Origin: Andalucia godoyi And28
Taxonomy: Eukaryota; Protista; Jakobida
Direction: 5' to 3'
NCBI GenBank assembly: GCA_009859145.1
Contig: VRVR01000005.1
Span: forward strand, 444,848-508,847
Length of the DNA stretch: 64,000 nucleotides
Made by a program: the position numbers and the translations under genes. This document shows positions 59,403 to 64,000 of the stretch, one piece after another; position 1 is the first letter of the stretch, and every line of letters begins with the position of its first letter. The notes under the pieces were generated by a model. That model searched no databases. It was not told where the DNA came from and saw nothing but the letters and a program-made list of their open reading frames with translations.

Positions 59403-60342
59403 TGGATTCTACAAACCGCGGATGCGCAGATCGTAAGGCAGACAGGGTCCCAGCAAGAACACTTTCAACAGCTGCTTCTACGCGTCCGAAACGGCGACAT
59501 TATAGAGGGTGACAAGATGACACTGTTTGCACGACAGCTGCATCTGATTTCAGCTGATCAGCGCGACGGAGAGAACACAAGGAGAAGCAACTGAAAGAAA
59601 ATGTGTGCGAAACAATCCGCGGGCCGGCATCGTACGAATAGTAGCGAGACATTCGGGACCTCCAGCCTGTTTTTGTCAAGAGCAAAGTCCGTTCCCGCAT
59701 CAAACGCTATGGGATGTGCTCCAGTACTCTGTCTGGCTGTCGGATGTCCTGCGATGCTACGATCAACGGCAGCCAAGGAATTGTTCAAGCAATAGTGTAT
59801 TGGAACAGGGAAGCGGCTGCTGATACTATTTCTATGCCTTTCTTTGTTGCAGTCGAGTTCCCAGAATATCGGGGCCCTCCATGCTCTTCTGATCCTGAAC
59901 ACGCTACGTGGGTGCCCGTCCTTTCTGTTAGTCGAGCAGTCTCCATCGGCAACAACAACAATACAGCAGATCGCATTCATTTTCCGTTGTCCCTTTCGTA
60001 TGCGGTGACAATCCACAAAAAAGCCAGCGTATGACGTTCAATAGAGCAGTAGTGGATCTGGGAACAGCCGAGAAGTCACGCGGAATGTCATGCATAGCAC
60101 TCAGCCAAGTCAAAAGCATAGAAGGGCTGGCTATCACTGATGGAAGTATCCCAAGCACTCGGCTATCAAACTTGAAATCAGAAGGCATGCGGCGAAGGAT
60201 AATGGAAGACGAACGGCTGCATCGGCTCATCTGCGAACAGAACCCGACCCATGCAGCTGGAGTTGCAGCAAGCAGTGTTCCAGCAATTCGTCGAAGCCGT
60301 TCCGGCAGGCAGCAAACTCGGACAGAAAGGGCGTTGGATTGA
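59403..60342 (+). pseudogene. Pif1-family helicase C-terminal fragment, frameshifted (transposon-type)
   Basis: IVRQTGSQQEHFQQLLLRVRNG; PVLCLAVGC; INGSQGIV; VAVEF..YRGP; FPLSLSYAVTIHK / SQRMTFNRAVVDLGTAEKSRGM...ALSQVKSIEGL with +2 slip in an A6 run and other frame breaks. Confidence 0.85.
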
Positions 60343-61392
60343 GAGACCAGTGACGCTCACATGCTATGATGTATTCCAAATTCTGTAACTCGTAAAAATA
60401 AAACGAGAAAGCAGCAACAGACAGAGACACGGGTCGAGAAAAAATGGAGGGAAATGAAGGGGAACGAGGCTTCAACGCGGATTGCTGTACATTGTGTCAA
60501 ACGCAAAAAACGCTCGCTGTCTTAGTTGGGCCCCCACAGACCTTTCTGTTGGCCCAATTCCCTTGCCTTGTTTAACCAGCCGTGGAGGGGTTTAGCGACA
60601 GTGGAAACAGCCAGGAACGAGATGTGAATATCGGAAACGCAGTTCGCTATGCGACTCGGTTTGTTGTTTGCGTGGTGAACCACCTACTTGGTGATGTGTT
60701 ATAATGCACGACATTAATGATGTATCGATAAATAAATCCAGGTTTTGTTTTTTACGTTAGTAACGCCAAAGGGGACTGATGACATCATTTGCATGAGAAG
60801 ATTCAACATACACGGCGGAAATCGCTGGGCGTGCTGCCATTATGAAGACAGAGAGTCCATCCTGCGAAGCATCCACAAAAGAGCATAATCTTCGTCTTCA
60901 CTCAGGGCGTTCGAAAACAATCCCAGTGTAAGTCGTCCAAAAGCGAGGAAACAAACGGTCAGGGGCGGTCTTTAGTAGAAATTATAAAATTTGGTGGAGT
61001 AGCTGTGCAGTCATGAATTCAAAGTGAACAATTCCTGCGACAAGTAGGAATGGAGTAGAATTGCCCTTAATCTTTCTCTTTTTCTCGGGAACCTAACCTT
61101 CTTCACTGTTTGCCTCGTTTCGTTATCGTTATTTCCTCTTTTGTTCGCCGGCTGCTGGAGAAGCCTCTGCATCTCTTCGTTCGGTCTGGCCGAATTCATC
61201 TGTTGAGCTGAAAAACCGAATGCTTTGAAATAAAGAAAGCTTAAGGAAATCAAAGGAATGAATTTAAATGCAAAAACAGGGAGTTTGTCCCTTCCTCTTT
61301 TTTTCCCTTCCTCTCTTTCTTTTCCTTTCTGTGTTTCTGTGTCTCTCCCCCACTCTCCTTTTCTAGTTTCTTGAGCGGATGAGCGGACGAGC

Positions 61393-62731
61393 ATGAATAA
61401 TAGTCCTTTGGGCGAAGGTCAACCGAGCGTTGCTGAATACATGGCTCTCCTTGTCGTCGACGATGCGCCTGCGCAGCTGTCGAAAGCTTTGCAAGAGCTT
61501 GAAATCGGACGGCAGCCCAAGGATCAGGCCAAGACCGCATTTGAAACCATCAAGAATGCGGACACGCAAGCTGCACTCGAGTCGGCAAAGAACATCTTGT
61601 CCATTGCAAAATCAAATGTCTCACGGCTGGAAAAGGCGCCCGCTGCACATCGACCATCTCGTTTTCGGACATGACACACGTGGAAGGCACGGTCAATGCA
61701 ATCTGGCGACGCGAAGGAGTGCCGCCGATGAACTGCGCAGCAGTGGAACAGAGACTGGAGGCGCTGATCAACCGTCCGCAGGAGCGGCACCGCATTTGAC
61801 AAGAGATTCCCCCGTCCTGCCTCGACGACGAGTCGTTTCTGCTCCTTTGCGATTGTGGCTGTGCACCCATCCTTTGGAGTCCCATGAAATCCGAAATGAG
61901 GAGCGTCGAGATTGCCGAGTTTTGTGTTTATATCCGGTACTTGGCCGCATCTCTGTCTACCCACGAGGATCTCAGGGTCATCAGCGACGTTTCCGGAGCC
62001 GAAGTCCGCGTCTTGTGCACAACGCGGTCGCTGCATCTGACAGGCCTGACCGACGCCTTGCAGAACGGAGAGCACAACACCGACTCCTGACTGGCGGCAC
62101 GCAGCTCCTTTGTGACCCTCGGGGGTGGGGGCACACGGGCCTTCAAGGCATCCGATGAGAAGATTCGTCGGGGAGTACGGCGTCCGCAGGGAGGGACAGC
62201 CGTGTTCTGCTCCACTCGGTTATGTGTGCACGAGCCGGCCGCCACAGAGGCCGAAAAGCGCGCCACGGTGAGCACAGCGAATGGCAGCACTACGACAATC
62301 CTGGAGGATGTTTCCGGGTCTTTGAACTCAAGCTGAAGACACTGTCCTCGACGAATGCCAACCGGGCTCTGGCGGAGGCGATGTTTTGCACGAGCGACAA
62401 CAACCAGATGCAGCCCATTTCGACGTATACACTGCTTTCCTCGATGGACAAGTATCACGTTTTCCATGCACAGCGCATGGGGAAGGGCGAGGGCATCTTT
62501 TTGTTCCACACTTGCGAGCGCACACTCCAGCGACGAGATTTACGAACGAAGGGAATTGGGGTATGTGATGCATATGCAGCAGGATGCATACCAGATGGCA
62601 AGAGACTGGGGTATACATCGCCGAGCGTCCGAGCGCTCCGCATCAACCCCCCTCATGTCGTGGTTGAGCATGCAATGCTTGGGAGCACGCGAGGGCTGTG
62701 TGCCGCACTTTCCCTGCAGGCCGAGGCATAA
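61393..62731 (+). pseudogene. Fragmented gene, crinkler(CRN)-like restriction-endonuclease-fold candidate
   Basis: Pieces in several frames: helical N-terminal ORF, LHLTGLTDAL, and FELKLK...NRALAEAMF...YTLLSS, resembling G.TD...ELK...QA.AE of CR-REase domains; stops and frameshifts present. Confidence 0.45.
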
Positions 62732-63112
62732 GCAGACCGCACTGCATGGTCAGTGGTTCTTGCTTTTTACATATCACATGTGTCGCCTCAATGATGTCCT
62801 CCCCAGCAGAATTTGGTTGACCAGCGTGTTTCATCACCCACGATCCTCCCGCATCCTCTCGGCAAACCTCACGAACGGTCATTTGGCGACCGTTCCGTGT
62901 TTGCATGGGCGGAGTCATGTCCGGGATGCGCGCTTTCGTTTTCGCGTCGTCCGCTTGCACGATCATACATCAGACCTGCTCTAATGCTCTTTGGCAACTC
63001 ATGCAATGACTCGTTCGATGCGTTTGCAGCCACGAAGCAGGGCTGAACGCGAATTGTCGTAAAATTCGGCAATACACGACGTCCTTCGTGCTGCCGCGAA
63101 TATCACCCAGCA

Positions 63113-64000
63113 TCAGTCTCCGTCCACGTTCAGGTGAGCGGCATCTTTCATCGCCCCATTGTGGTGACCATCTCCACACATCTGCTTTGCAAGCCGCTCC
63201 ATCGTGCGCACAAGCTCCCTCTGTGCCGGCGTCCGCCGTGCTCCGCACTCACGCAACAGCTGCATGCGGAAGTTCAGGTAGTCTGCGTATTCCTCGTCCT
63301 CGTCCCGCTCGTTGATGACCTCGTCATCTTCATCCGCAAACGCCATCCGAGCATCCACGCAGTCGGAGTCACCAGCAACAGGATCCTCCGGAAGCGACAC
63401 CGACCCGGAGGGCGCTGCGGCAGCCAGCCACTGCCCAACATAGTCCGCCTTGGAGCCTGGGTTCCCCGTGAGACTCGTCTCGATAGTTCCGACGTGTCTC
63501 GTTTCCGTGTCCGAGCGGGATGGGCTGTCTCCAGCACCGCTGCGGTCGGGGACAACGTGGCTGGAGCCGCCCTCGCCCTCGCCCTCGCCCTCGCCCTCGC
63601 CCTCGCCCTCAGGCGACGCGGGCAGACCGGCACGAGCGTCCTCCTCCGAAGACACGCATGTCTGCTGTTGCAGCTGCTGGAACCAACTACCGCCAAAATT
63701 GTCGTCTGCCAGCCACGCTCGCCACACGCCCTCCAGACGGCTGAGCAGCATGCACCGTGCAAGCAAGTCGACAAGGGTGGTCAGCCGCAAGCCGCCGTCT
63801 GCCTGATAATCCCCGCCCTCTTCGCGAGCATGGAACACAAACATCTCGTTGCCATTCCCAATGCGCTGCACTTGGAAAAGACGATACTCGCCTTTTGAAG
63901 ACAGCAGCGCATATGTGGAAATCGGTGACGTTTGGTTGTTGTCGCTCGTGCAAAACATCGCCTCCGCCAGCGCCTGGTTCACGTTCTTTGCAGAGAGGCT
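63113..64000 (-). CDS. Paralog of the 62340-62520 domain (CRN-like REase candidate) with acidic low-complexity C-terminus; 5' end outside the window
   Basis: NQALAEAMFCTSDNNQTSPISTYALLSS...F.FH; a 38-nt block CTGGCGGAGGCGATGTTTTGCACGAGCGACAACAACCA is identical to the plus-strand copy; frame open to position 64000. Confidence 0.55.
   Translation of the reverse strand, partial: SLSAKNVNQALAEAMFCTSDNNQTSPISTYALLSSKGEYRLFQVQRIGNGNEMFVFHAREEGGDYQADGGLRLTTLVDLLARCMLLSRLEGVWRAWLADDNFGGSWFQQLQQQTCVSSEEDARAGLPASPEGEGEGEGEGEGEGGSSHVVPDRSGAGDSPSRSDTETRHVGTIETSLTGNPGSKADYVGQWLAAAAPSGSVSLPEDPVAGDSDCVDARMAFADEDDEVINERDEDEEYADYLNFRMQLLRECGARRTPAQRELVRTMERLAKQMCGDGHHNGAMKDAAHLNVDGD

Noticed and set aside
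60526-60557. Hairpin as a Helitron 3' terminus
   Set aside because: No CTRR at the expected distance on the helicase strand and no Rep domain seen
62810-62850. Minus-strand GDETRWSTKF resembling a negative-strand RNA virus polymerase motif A
   Set aside because: Short frame bounded by stops with no motif B or C (SDD); likely coincidence

Overview
Gene-dense, essentially intron-free eukaryotic nuclear DNA with about 30 single-ORF genes. These include the Prp8 3' end, REP, importin-5, ATAD2-like, INTS11, a mitochondrial EF-P, Ub-RPL40, an RSPH1-like MORN protein, HMG-CoA synthase, UTP4, NDUFV1, CCDC25, ZUP1, CHMP7-like, VPS25, HDAC1/Rpd3 and a carboxylesterase. The gene set (flagellar, aerobic mitochondrion, mevalonate pathway, mitochondrial EF-P) suggests a free-living heterotrophic flagellate, possibly jakobid-like; this is inference only. 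The main accessory signal is five separate intergenic remnants of a Fanzor2 (IS607-TnpB-like) RNA-guided nuclease element. Two of them (25689-26214 and 58820-59240) are related short non-autonomous copies. They share both ends, a CC core at both junctions and the same inactivating frameshift. Their 3' region keeps an omegaRNA-like fold with a compensatory base-pair change, a UUCG hairpin and a candidate pseudoknot, and each is followed by a different flank (candidate guide). A third scaffold copy lies just downstream of a Ginger-like integrase remnant. Other notable items: a Nudix-Trm3/TARBP1 fusion ORF, a bacterial-type TIM-barrel glycoside-hydrolase-like protein with two predicted membrane anchors, a Pif1 helicase pseudogene, and inverted crinkler-like REase paralogs at the right edge. 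All calls come from motif recognition by eye; no database searches were run.
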